A DNA stretch of 64,000 nt from positions 448,001 to 512,000 of the forward strand of contig CAVUPH010000014.1 of assembly GCA_963743305.1 (NCBI GenBank), given 5' to 3'. This stretch comes from an uncultured delta proteobacterium (lineage in GTDB: Bacteria > Desulfobacterota > RBG-13-43-22). The notes beneath the pieces are model-generated. The model saw only the letters and a program-made list of their open reading frames with translations, ran no database searches and was not told where the DNA came from. Shown here one piece after another: positions 29,319-38,359 of this stretch (its first letter is position 1; each line of letters opens with the position of its first letter). Made by a program: the position numbers and the translations under genes.

Positions 29319-29640
29319 CTTCCGCCCTCCCTGGTTTTTCGTAGTCATCCCGGAATAAGTCCTGGACTCGGGAAGCTCCGCTGACGAAACTCCAGGGCCT
29401 CCATGATTGGAAAAAGGGTCGGGGTTAAACGGTGCCGGATATAGAAGCGTTGGATTTAAAACCTTCTCGGTTGATCAAGCTTTGTTCGGTGATCTTTTCC
29501 ACCGATCCGTGAACGACCAGTTCGGGTTTTTGGTACGGCTTCTTTTTCTTCTCGATCAGAATTTCTTTTTCTTTCATTTTCTACCCTCCCTTGTTTTTCG
29601 TAGTCATCCCGGAATAAGTCCTGGACTCGGGAAGCTCCGC
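29195..29640. repeat. Tandem duplication (259-bp period) of a precursor gene plus upstream region
   Basis: About 29195-29381 aligns with about 29454-29640; 48 bp are identical at 29334-29381 and 29593-29640. Confidence 0.9.
29425..29577 (-). CDS. Lasso-type RiPP precursor peptide A1 (50 aa, not in ORF track)
   Basis: Manual translation MKEKEILIEKKKKPYQKPELVVHGSVEKITE-QSLINREGFKSNASISGTV*; RBS GGAGG. Confidence 0.85.
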   Translation of the reverse strand: MKEKEILIEKKKKPYQKPELVVHGSVEKITEQSLINREGFKSNASISGTV

Positions 29641-29756
29641 CCAGCACTGGAATCCGGCCTTCGCCAGAATAACGACCTGATTAAACCAGATAATACCCTG
29701 TTATCATGCTTCCTGGGTATCCGAAGCGGATATGGGGAAATTATTTGTATTGGAGA

Positions 29757-30195
29757 TTACCTTTTGCGAAACTCCAGATTCTCCAGGGTTGGAAAAGCGA
29801 TATATGGTTCAACCGCTCCCCCGAGCAGCACCAGTCCTTGGGATTCCAGCCAGGCGTGGGCCTTCACCCGCTTTTCGGATTCGATCCTTTAATACCCCGA
29901 TGCGTAGGTCCGTCTGATGTCCATGTCGAGCCAGAAAGACTTGCCCGGCAATGGCCCGCACCAGGCAGGTGGCCCGGGGCACATTTCTCCCGGCGGTATC
30001 CATCGCCCCCAGCAATCGATTCAGTGGAAATGAAGCCGGTCCTCGTTTGATCGGGGCCCGCTTGATCAGGGTCAGCATCGTCCGGAAAGGAAGAAGCCGC
30101 AAACCGCATTTCGCCACCCAGAGGAACAGCAACGCTTTTATCAAGAGTCCCTTTTCGGATAAAGGCAGCTTTAGAAAATTATGCACCTTTTTCAT
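29757..30195 (-). CDS. Lasso peptide B2 leader peptidase (transglutaminase-like), apparent +1 frameshift near 29880
   Basis: TCLVRAIA (catalytic Cys), LRIGV, then AHAWLE in the shifted frame ending ...LEFRKR* at 29757. Confidence 0.85.
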
Positions 30196-30481
30196 CGGTA
30201 CACTCGATCAGGCCGTTGGCCAAAAGGTTCTTTATTAATTCGACTAAATCCCGCTCACATTGATCGGGCTCCACCTGATATTCCTTGAGGATTTGATCCT
30301 TGAGGCTGCTTATTTTAATCGGTTTTTGAATTGAATTCCAGATAAAGGTTCCCAATGGGTTCATACCATAGTACACCCCGGCCTTCAGCGCCAGAATAAC
30401 CGATTCCCCTCCTAAGTCGCACGAGACCTGGTCCTGAACAGCGACTACGGTTTGAGATATCAAGAAATCATCCTGCGACAT
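30179..30481 (-). CDS. PqqD-family RiPP recognition element (lasso B1/E protein)
   Basis: ESVIL...GVYYGMNPLGTFIW...EYQVE...DL..L...LL..GLI pattern; overlaps the B2 start. Confidence 0.9.
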   Translation of the reverse strand: MSQDDFLISQTVVAVQDQVSCDLGGESVILALKAGVYYGMNPLGTFIWNSIQKPIKISSLKDQILKEYQVEPDQCERDLVELIKNLLANGLIECTDEKGA

Positions 30482-30577
30482 GGCGACTCTCTATCAAGAT
30501 GTAACCCTGCGTTTTCCAAAATAGCCCATTGATTATTATATAAAAAGGAACTGGCGGATGAACTCGTTGGCGAAACC

Positions 30578-30799
30578 TCAGGCTTTGTGCCGGTGAATGA
30601 TCAGACCGTGGGTGGGGTCATAGAGGGAAACGCCCACCGTCACCCTATCCCCATCGATGACTCGTATTTTGTAGCGCTTCATGGCCCCGGACAACTTAGC
30701 CGTGATGACGCCCCCACTCTCCAGGGTAATGACGTAGTTTCCCCCTCCCGTGGTTTTGGTGACGCGACCCTCAACATGGACCAAATCGTCCTTGGACAA
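30578..30799 (-). CDS. infA: Translation initiation factor IF-1 (divergent)
   Basis: MSKDD..VEG.V...LSG.MKRYKIRVIDGDRVTV..S.YD. Confidence 0.85.
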   Translation of the reverse strand: MSKDDLVHVEGRVTKTTGGGNYVITLESGGVITAKLSGAMKRYKIRVIDGDRVTVGVSLYDPTHGLIIHRHKA

Positions 30800-30908
30800 T
30801 ATCCCTTCTCCTTATACCTTTTTGCCGGACAGCGGAAACAAAAATATCCCTTTCTCCCTGGGGAGAAGTAAAAAGATAAGTTTCGATATCGGTTACGAAA
30901 GCGGCTGG

Positions 30909-31253
30909 CTAATAGCGGCCGCGGGGTTTGGAAGTTCGTCCTCTTCCGCCGCCTCCCCCCGGCCGGCCCTGTCCTCCTTTATAACCGCCGCCATCCTCAC
31001 GCGGCGTTTGCGGACGGGCTTCGGACACTGTCAGCGCGCGTCCGTCAAATTCTTTCCCGTTCATCTTTTCAATGGCGTCCGCGGCTTCGGCCTCCGAATT
31101 CATTTCCACAAAACCAAAACCCTTGCTGAGCCCGCTGTAGCGATCCGTTATGATTTTGGCGGATTGTACCGTCCCGAAAGGGGTGAAAAGATCCTTCAGC
31201 GATTCGTCCGTGACAGTGAAACGAAGATTCCCCACATATAATTTATTACCCAT
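30909..31253 (-). CDS. RRM (RNP-1) RNA-binding protein with Gly/Arg-rich tail
   Basis: RNP2 LYVGNL, RNP1 KGFGFVEM. Confidence 0.93.
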   Translation of the reverse strand: MGNKLYVGNLRFTVTDESLKDLFTPFGTVQSAKIITDRYSGLSKGFGFVEMNSEAEAADAIEKMNGKEFDGRALTVSEARPQTPREDGGGYKGGQGRPGGGGGRGRTSKPRGRY

Positions 31254-31608
31254 ACACCCTCCTTATAGCAGTAGGTTCCAGTTAAAGAGGTCGTGGGCAA
31301 AAGGACCAGGAACTCTTTAAGGGCAGTAATATTTTGATTCTTTTATAACAAATTTTTTTCTCCTAATCCAGTATTATCTTCGAGTCGGCGGTCTTTTGGG
31401 TGAGTTCTCCCTCCTGTCTATCTGGTCTGGCCGATCTTAAGTTAATCATCCCCATCGACTTCCAAGTATATCCAATCCTCCAGCAATCAGCAAGCCGTTT
31501 ACCGCCCTTCTCTTTTACCTGAATTAAATGGCGTACCAATTTCCGTAACTCTTCCTTCTCCCAATACCAAAATTTTGAAAAATTTCCAGCAACTATCTCT
31601 CTTTTTCC

Positions 31609-31669
31609 TTGACAAGGCCCCTTTTTCTTATATATTAAACATAAGTGGGGAATTGTGGGGAATTGTGTT
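31609..31669 (+). promoter_or_regulatory. dcw promoter with MraZ-binding repeats
   Basis: TTGACA (31609), 16 bp, TATATT (31631), then GTGGG repeats at 10-bp spacing (31645, 31655, partial 31665). Confidence 0.8.
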
Positions 31670-31700
31670 TTCATTTTCCAAACAAAGGGGAGTTTGAAAG

Positions 31701-32141
31701 TTGTTTCGAGGCCGTTCGCTTCATTTGATCGATCAAAAGGGCCGGTTGAATATTCCGACCCGCTTTCGTGAGATTTTGAAGGCCAAAGGGGATGGCCGTT
31801 TAATCGTCACCAACTGGGAGGATTGTCTGGCCGCCTATCCCTACGAAGAATGGCAGCGAATTGAAGAAAAGATGAGCCAATTGTCTTCGGTGGACCGGGA
31901 TATTCGATCCTTCAAACGTTTCTTCATTTCCGGGGCCTGCGAATGCAGCCTGGACAGCCAAAGTCGGATTTTGATTCCACCGGCTTTGCGGGAATTTGCC
32001 GGCCTGGAAAAAGAAGTCATCGTAGCCGGTCAGTTGAAATATTTTGAAATTTGGGACAAATCAAAAATCGAGGAAGAGCTAAAAAGGGTCCAAACCAATT
32101 TACCGGCATTAGAAAACAAAATTGCCACACTGGGGCTGTAA
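31701..32141 (+). CDS. mraZ: Division/cell wall cluster repressor MraZ
   Basis: MFRG...DQKGRLNIP and DSQSRILIP (two DxxGR-type repeats). Confidence 0.95.
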   Translation: MFRGRSLHLIDQKGRLNIPTRFREILKAKGDGRLIVTNWEDCLAAYPYEEWQRIEEKMSQLSSVDRDIRSFKRFFISGACECSLDSQSRILIPPALREFAGLEKEVIVAGQLKYFEIWDKSKIEEELKRVQTNLPALENKIATLGL

Positions 32142-33100
32142 GAAAGACTATCGAAGCACGAGTTCATCAACCGGTCTTAGTCAGTGAGGTGCTCGGCTAT
32201 CTTCCCCGGGGGGAGGGGAAGATAATCGTGGATGGCACCGTAGGCACCGGGGGGCACACCTTGGCCATCTTGCAGCATTTTCCCGAAACCACCCGCGTTC
32301 TGGGGTTCGACCGCGATGCTGAAAGCTTAGCTTTCGCCCGGGAGCGTCTGAAACCCTTTGCTGAGCGAGTGACCCTGGTCCAAGGCGCCTTTGGAGAACT
32401 GGCGGGACTCTGTTCTCAGGCAGGGTTCCGTCAGGTGGATGGGATCTTATTGGATCTGGGTTTTTCCTCTTATCAGTTGGCTGCCACCGGTCGGGGATTC
32501 AGTTTTCAGCGGGCTGATCCTTTGGATATGCGTCTGGATCAAACCCAGGGCCGCACCGCCCTGGATTGGTTGAACCACCTGGATGAGCGGACCTTGGCCG
32601 ACCGTTTGTTTGAATATGGGGAGGAGCGCCGTTCCCGCCGGATTGCTCGAGAAATTATGGCAACCCGCCGGTTGCGTTCCTTGGAAAATACCCAGGATCT
32701 GGTGGAGGCCATCCTGCGGGCCATCCCATCCCGTTGGCGGGAAAAACGCCTGCATCCGGCGACCCGTACTTTTCAAGCCCTCCGTATCTTGGTTAACGAT
32801 GAGCTGAACCAATTGCGTCAGTTTCTGGAAGGCGTTGCCCGGCTCCTGGCGGCGGGGGGCCGGGTCTGTTTGATTGCCTACCATTCCCTGGAAGACCGTC
32901 TGATCAAGCAGGCATTTCAATCTTTGGAAAAGGGGTTCAACCCCTTTGAAGAATCCGCCGGCGAGGCGGTCCAATCGTTTCTTCCTTTTCGACGGTTGAC
33001 CAGAAAACCGGTTACCCCCAGCCGGGAGGAAATAGTAAATAACCCTCGGGCCCGGGGGGCCAAACTCAGGGTGGGGGAACGATACGAGTTAAACCAATGA
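32051..33100 (+). CDS. rsmH: 16S rRNA m4C1402 methyltransferase (true start uncertain, probably near 32150)
   Basis: HQPVL, DGTVGTGGH, DLGFSSYQL, HPATRTFQALRI, HSLEDR, NPRAR. Confidence 0.93.
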   Translation: MGQIKNRGRAKKGPNQFTGIRKQNCHTGAVRKTIEARVHQPVLVSEVLGYLPRGEGKIIVDGTVGTGGHTLAILQHFPETTRVLGFDRDAESLAFARERLKPFAERVTLVQGAFGELAGLCSQAGFRQVDGILLDLGFSSYQLAATGRGFSFQRADPLDMRLDQTQGRTALDWLNHLDERTLADRLFEYGEERRSRRIAREIMATRRLRSLENTQDLVEAILRAIPSRWREKRLHPATRTFQALRILVNDELNQLRQFLEGVARLLAAGGRVCLIAYHSLEDRLIKQAFQSLEKGFNPFEESAGEAVQSFLPFRRLTRKPVTPSREEIVNNPRARGAKLRVGERYELNQ

Positions 33101-33429
33101 AATCCATTCTTAAGCCACAGCCCCATACCCGCAAGAAGCGCACCCAGGAACCCGGACAGTCCATTCCTCCTGTTTTAAAATATGCCGTCCCGCTGGCTTT
33201 CGTTTTGGTGATCGGCATAATTTTTTATGTCTGGCTTCAAGTTCAAATGGTGGGGTTGAGTTACGAGATTTCCAAGGCTCAAAACCAAAAGAAGGAACTG
33301 GTGGAGACCAATAAGAAACTACGCATCCAATGGGCCAGCCTGAGATCACCGGACCGCATTGAACAGATTGCCTTAAATCAATTGGGCCTGCGGCCTCCGG
33401 AACGGGGACAAATCGAGATCCTCCCATGA
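33097..33429 (+). CDS. ftsL: Cell division protein FtsL
   Basis: One TM helix, coiled coil, SPDRIEQIA..LGL; position in dcw. Confidence 0.85.
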   Translation: MKSILKPQPHTRKKRTQEPGQSIPPVLKYAVPLAFVLVIGIIFYVWLQVQMVGLSYEISKAQNQKKELVETNKKLRIQWASLRSPDRIEQIALNQLGLRPPERGQIEILP

Positions 33430-35408
33430 ACGCGCCGGAATTCAAATGGATCCACTTCCGCCTTTATCTGATTTTGGGACTGAGTTGTTTTTTATTTGTG
33501 GTTGTCGTCCTCCGGGCCGGGCAACTGCAGCTTTTAGAGGGCCCTCGGTTGTCGAAATATGCCGACCATGAATTTCGCAAACAAATTCCACGAACCCATA
33601 AAAGAGGGATTATCTTCGACCGTAATCGAAATGAATTGGCGCTAACGGTGGAGATGGAATCCATTTTTGTGCATCCGAAAGAGGTGGCCGATCCGGAATT
33701 GGTCTCTCAGCGGCTTTCGCCCGCTTTGGGTCTGGATCGGCGGCGGATCCTCTTCCAAATGGCCCAGGGGAGGCCCTTCTTATTTTTGAAAAGACGGGCT
33801 ACCCCGGATCAGGTTGAGGCGGTAAGGGCCCAGGGTTTGCCCGGGGTGGCCTTTACCAAGGAGGCCCAGCGTTTCTACCCCTATTCGGATTTGGCCTGCC
33901 ACGTTATCGGCATGGTGGGCTCCGATCCCGACGGACTGGAAGGCATTGAGCGACAATACAATACCTACCTGAAGAGCCCTTATCTTTATGAATCCAGCGT
34001 CCGAGACGCCCTGGGGCGTTCCCTCTATCTCAAGGACGTGGAGGCCGTTCAGGAGAACGAGGGGCACAGCCTCATCTTGACCCTGGATAAAAATATTCAA
34101 TACCTGGCGGAAAAAGAGCTGAAAAAAGGAGTGATCAAAGCCCAGGCTAAAGGCGGAATGGCCGTTGTCCTCAACCCCAAGACCGGCGAGGTCCTGGCCC
34201 TGGCCAATCAGCCCGCCTACAATTTAAATGCCGCCAAGAGTTTCCCGCTACCCAACCGCCGAAACCAGGTGATCACCGATACCTTTGAGCCGGGCTCCAC
34301 TTTTAAGACCTTTTTGATGGCGGCCGCCTTAGAGGAGAAAAAATTCAATCCCAACGAAATGATTTTCTGTGAAAACGGGTCCTATCACGTCGGGTCCCAT
34401 GTCATTCACGATGCGCACAAACACGGCTGGCTTTCCTTCGCCGATGTCCTTAAGGTTTCGAGCAATATCGGGGCTACCAAAATCGGCCGGAAGGTGGGTC
34501 CGAAGACTTTTTATTCGTACATCAAGAAATTCGGATTCGGCGCTTCCACCCGAATCGACCTGCCGGGCGAAGTACCCGGGTTAGTCTGGCCCTATCAACG
34601 GTGGGGCGAAATCGAAGCCTCCAACATTTGCTTCGGTCAGGGAATTTCGGTATCGGCCCTGCAACTGATTACCGCTTTGGGCGCTATTGCCAACGATGGC
34701 CGTTTAATGAAACCCTACCTGGTTTCTCAGATCTTGGACCAGAAAGGGCAGCCGGCCAGGACCTTTGCCCCTCAACCGGTTCGCCAGGTCTTGTCGCCGG
34801 AAACCGCCCGCTTGATGCGGCAATTACTCATCAGGGTGACTGAACCGGGGGGAACCGCACCCCAGGCGGCTATTGAAGGGATTGCCGTGGGGGGCAAAAC
34901 CGGAACCGCCCAAAAAGTGGCTCCGGAAACCAGGCATTATGCCTCGGGGAAGTATGTTTCCACCTTCATGGGTTTTTTGCCGGCGGAGGAACCGGCCCTG
35001 GTCATCCTGGTGATTATCGATGAACCGAAAGGGAGTCATTACGGTGGGGTCGTGGCCGCCCCGGTTTTCAAAGCAATTGCCGAACAGTCTTTGCCGTTGA
35101 TCGGCATCAAACGCTTAACTCCGGCGACGCCTGCCGCACCGGCGATCGAACGGTCCGATCCCACGCCCTGGGTGATGGCCCAGCGGGCTTTGGAGCAGGG
35201 GCCCGTCCCGGCGGAACTCCAGGCCAAGAATCAATTGATGCCCGATTTGCGAGGATTGAGCCTGCGTAAGGCCGCAGAGGTTTTGAAAAACTATCCACTC
35301 GAGACGATCCTGGAAGGAAGTGGAAAAGCGGTCTCTCAAAAGCCTTTACCGGGGACGGCGATAACCCAGGGAACCCGCTGTCAGGTGCAATTTCGTCCCT
35401 ATCTTTAA
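33426..35408 (+). CDS. ftsI: Peptidoglycan D,D-transpeptidase FtsI (PBP3) with PASTA domain
   Basis: RGIIFDRN, EPGSTFK, SSN, KTGT motifs; MPDLRGLS PASTA. Confidence 0.93.
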   Translation: MNAPEFKWIHFRLYLILGLSCFLFVVVVLRAGQLQLLEGPRLSKYADHEFRKQIPRTHKRGIIFDRNRNELALTVEMESIFVHPKEVADPELVSQRLSPALGLDRRRILFQMAQGRPFLFLKRRATPDQVEAVRAQGLPGVAFTKEAQRFYPYSDLACHVIGMVGSDPDGLEGIERQYNTYLKSPYLYESSVRDALGRSLYLKDVEAVQENEGHSLILTLDKNIQYLAEKELKKGVIKAQAKGGMAVVLNPKTGEVLALANQPAYNLNAAKSFPLPNRRNQVITDTFEPGSTFKTFLMAAALEEKKFNPNEMIFCENGSYHVGSHVIHDAHKHGWLSFADVLKVSSNIGATKIGRKVGPKTFYSYIKKFGFGASTRIDLPGEVPGLVWPYQRWGEIEASNICFGQGISVSALQLITALGAIANDGRLMKPYLVSQILDQKGQPARTFAPQPVRQVLSPETARLMRQLLIRVTEPGGTAPQAAIEGIAVGGKTGTAQKVAPETRHYASGKYVSTFMGFLPAEEPALVILVIIDEPKGSHYGGVVAAPVFKAIAEQSLPLIGIKRLTPATPAAPAIERSDPTPWVMAQRALEQGPVPAELQAKNQLMPDLRGLSLRKAAEVLKNYPLETILEGSGKAVSQKPLPGTAITQGTRCQVQFRPYL

Positions 35409-35432
35409 GGTCCATTAGCAGAGGGTCCTGAT

Positions 35433-36959
35433 TTGAAATTATTGAAACTCATAAACGGACTGGCCCAACGATCGGTGCAGGGTCCTCTCGATCTGGAAAT
35501 CACCGGGATCGCTTATGATTCGCGGAAGGTCGTTCCCGGTGGGCTTTTTGTGGCCGTTTCCGGGCATCGGCAGGACGGGCATCAGTTTATCGGCCAGGCT
35601 CTGGATCGGGGAGCCATAGCCGTGGCGGCCGAGCGAGAAATCCCCCAGGTACCGGCAGCGATTGCGCGCATCACCGTGCCGGACAGCCGGGAAGCCCTGG
35701 CCCGATTCGCCGCCGCCTTTTATGATCACCCGGCCAAAAAACTCCATCTGATCGGGATCACCGGGACCAACGGGAAAACTACCACCGCCTATCTGCTGGA
35801 ATCGATCCTCAAGGCCTCGGGGGTCCGGGTCGGAGTCCTGGGCACCATCGAATACCGGATCGGGTCCCGAATCTGGCCGGCCCCGGTCACTACACCGGAA
35901 TCTCTGGATTTGCAGTATTACCTTTCCGAGATGGTGGGAGAGGGCGTTACCCACGCGGTCATGGAGGTCTCCTCCCATGCCCTGGAACAGGGTCGCTGCC
36001 GGGGTTTAAACTTTGAAGTGGGGGTTTTTACCAACCTGACCCGGGATCACCTGGATTACCATCAAAACATGGAGGCCTATTATCAGGCCAAAGCCAGGCT
36101 CTTCTTTCACTACCTGGGCGAAACGGCCATTAATCCGGGGACTCGGGCCATCATCAACCGAGATGACCCTTTTGGAGAAAGGCTCTGGTCGGAAGCCGCG
36201 GTCCCCAAAAGAGATTACGGGTTGGAGAAGGACACGGCCTATCGCCCCTTAACCGTACATACTAGTTTTCAGGGGACTCAGGCCAAAATTCAAACCCCCC
36301 GGGGCGTATTTGAAGTAACTTCGCCGTTGATCGGCCGGCATAATGTCTATAACTTTTTAGCCGCCTGGGCCGCGGGAGAAGCTCTTTATTTGCCGACTGA
36401 GCGGCTTCAGGAAGGGATCCGATCTTTGGACAAGGTTCCCGGGCGCATGGAACCGGTGCCCAACTCGAAAGACCTGTTCATTTTGGTGGACTATGCCCAT
36501 ACCCCCGAGGCGTTGCGCTTTGCCCTCACGTCCCTTAAAGAATTGACCCCCAAAAAAATAATTACCGTCTTTGGGTGCGGCGGCGACCGCGATGCCACCA
36601 AGCGGCCGCACATGGGACAGATTGCCGGCGAATTAAGCCAATTGGCGATTATCACCTCGGACAATCCCCGATCGGAGGACCCGCTGAAGATCATTGCCGA
36701 TATTGAAGCCGGGGTCAGGGGAAAAAAAATGCACCGCTATGACTTCGCTGCCCTGGAGCAAATGCCCAATCAACCCGGATATGTCGTCATTCCTGACCGC
36801 CGGCAGGCCATCCAACAGGCGGTTCATTGGGCCGGGACCGGGGAAGTGATTTTGATCGCCGGCAAGGGCCATGAAAATGTTCAACTGGTAGGCGGGCAAA
36901 CCCTCTCTTTTGATGATCGTCAGGAGGCCTTGAAGGCCACGGAGGCTTCTCGTGTTTAA
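35433..36959 (+). CDS. murE: UDP-MurNAc-tripeptide synthetase (DAP-adding)
   Basis: GTNGKTT, EVSSH, DYAHTP, DNPR (meso-DAP specificity motif). Confidence 0.95.
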   Translation: MKLLKLINGLAQRSVQGPLDLEITGIAYDSRKVVPGGLFVAVSGHRQDGHQFIGQALDRGAIAVAAEREIPQVPAAIARITVPDSREALARFAAAFYDHPAKKLHLIGITGTNGKTTTAYLLESILKASGVRVGVLGTIEYRIGSRIWPAPVTTPESLDLQYYLSEMVGEGVTHAVMEVSSHALEQGRCRGLNFEVGVFTNLTRDHLDYHQNMEAYYQAKARLFFHYLGETAINPGTRAIINRDDPFGERLWSEAAVPKRDYGLEKDTAYRPLTVHTSFQGTQAKIQTPRGVFEVTSPLIGRHNVYNFLAAWAAGEALYLPTERLQEGIRSLDKVPGRMEPVPNSKDLFILVDYAHTPEALRFALTSLKELTPKKIITVFGCGGDRDATKRPHMGQIAGELSQLAIITSDNPRSEDPLKIIADIEAGVRGKKMHRYDFAALEQMPNQPGYVVIPDRRQAIQQAVHWAGTGEVILIAGKGHENVQLVGGQTLSFDDRQEALKATEASRV

Positions 36960-38355
36960 TACCGGTGCCTTGCCCTGGTCCCAGATCCTGCAAAACCTCT
37001 CCGAGGGATTGGTCCAGGGGGATTTGGGCTTCCCGGCCTTGGGGGTATCCACGGACAGCCGGACGATTCAACCCGGTAACCTCTTCGTGGCCCTCTCCGG
37101 ACCTCATTTCGATGGCCGGACCTTCCTCTCCCAAGCATTTGAACGGGGAGCGGCCGGTGCCTTGGTTTCCACCCCCTATACCCGGAATTCGATACCGGTT
37201 GATAAGATTATCATCGAGGTTGAAGATACCCTTAAGGCCTTGGGGGACCTGGCCCATCTCTGGCGGAAGCGGTTTTCCGTCCCGGTGATCGCGCTCACCG
37301 GCAGCAATGGGAAAACCACTACCAAGGAAATGCTGGCCGGTATCTTGGAGCCGACCGGCGCTACTTTAAAAAATCCGGGCAACTTGAACAACCTGGTCGG
37401 CTTGCCTCTGACCCTGCTGGGTCTCGGGCCCGAGCACCGGTTTGCGGTTCTGGAGATGGGGATGAACCGGTCCGGAGAGATCCGTCGTTTGAGCGCCATC
37501 GCCGTGCCCACGGTGGGCTTGATAACGAACATCGGCCCGGCTCACTTGGAAGGGTTAGGATCCCTGGAGGCCATCGCCCGGGCCAAAGGAGAACTTTTTG
37601 AAGCCTTGACCCGGGAAGACTGGGCGGTTATCAATCAGGACGATCCTCGGATCCTGGAATTGTCTGCCGTCTGTCAAAGCCAAAAAATTACCTTCGGGCT
37701 GAACCCCCGGGCCGAAGTCCGAGCCGAAGGAATTCAACCGGCCGGCTCCGGGGTTGTATTTTTTCTCTGCTTTCAGGGACAGCGCCGTGAGGTCCGGATA
37801 CCGCTTCCCGGCCGCCACAATGTCAGCAATGCCGTGGCCGCCGCTGCTGCCGCCCTGGTCCTGGGCTTGTCTATCGACCGGATTCAACGAGGACTGGAAG
37901 ACTTCAGCCCTCCGGCCCATCGGCTTCAAGTACGACCCGGGCGAGGGGGCGCTCATTTGCTGGACGACAGTTACAACGCCAACCCGGCTTCCGTTCAGGT
38001 CGCCTTGAGTACCTTTCAATCCTTGAGGCAGGATCGACGAGGGGGAATGGTGCTGGGGGACATGCTGGAGTTAGGGGGTTTTTCCCGAACGGCTCATCAG
38101 GAGATCGGGACACGGATCGGTGAGCTGGGGATTGATTACCTGGTGACCATCGGGCAACAGACTCCGGCCCTTATGACTGAGGCCCTTAAGGGTGACCGGC
38201 CGCCATCCCAGGCTTTTCACTGCAGCTCGCCGACGGAGTTGCTGGAACAGCTCGACCGGCTAATCCAGGCCGGCGATTGGGTCCTGATCAAAGGATCGCA
38301 CGGGATGGCCCTGGAGACCATCGTGGCGGCCCTCCAACCCGAGGAGCAGGGATAA
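36952..38355 (+). CDS. murF: UDP-MurNAc-pentapeptide synthetase
   Basis: [29 protein letters not shown]. Confidence 0.95.
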   Translation: MFNTGALPWSQILQNLSEGLVQGDLGFPALGVSTDSRTIQPGNLFVALSGPHFDGRTFLSQAFERGAAGALVSTPYTRNSIPVDKIIIEVEDTLKALGDLAHLWRKRFSVPVIALTGSNGKTTTKEMLAGILEPTGATLKNPGNLNNLVGLPLTLLGLGPEHRFAVLEMGMNRSGEIRRLSAIAVPTVGLITNIGPAHLEGLGSLEAIARAKGELFEALTREDWAVINQDDPRILELSAVCQSQKITFGLNPRAEVRAEGIQPAGSGVVFFLCFQGQRREVRIPLPGRHNVSNAVAAAAAALVLGLSIDRIQRGLEDFSPPAHRLQVRPGRGGAHLLDDSYNANPASVQVALSTFQSLRQDRRGGMVLGDMLELGGFSRTAHQEIGTRIGELGIDYLVTIGQQTPALMTEALKGDRPPSQAFHCSSPTELLEQLDRLIQAGDWVLIKGSHGMALETIVAALQPEEQG

Positions 38356-38359
38356 GGCC

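Noticed and set aside
29163-29640. Direct repeats considered as a CRISPR array
   Set aside because: Only two units with a 259-bp period, each carrying a peptide ORF; no cas genes.
29407-29892. 161-aa plus-strand ORF over the precursor region
   Set aside because: Antisense to the precursor and B2 genes, which have clear motifs and RBSs.
31363-31674. 103-aa minus-strand ORF between the RRM gene and mraZ
   Set aside because: Overlaps the mraZ promoter and MraZ boxes, has no clear RBS and no recognisable domain.
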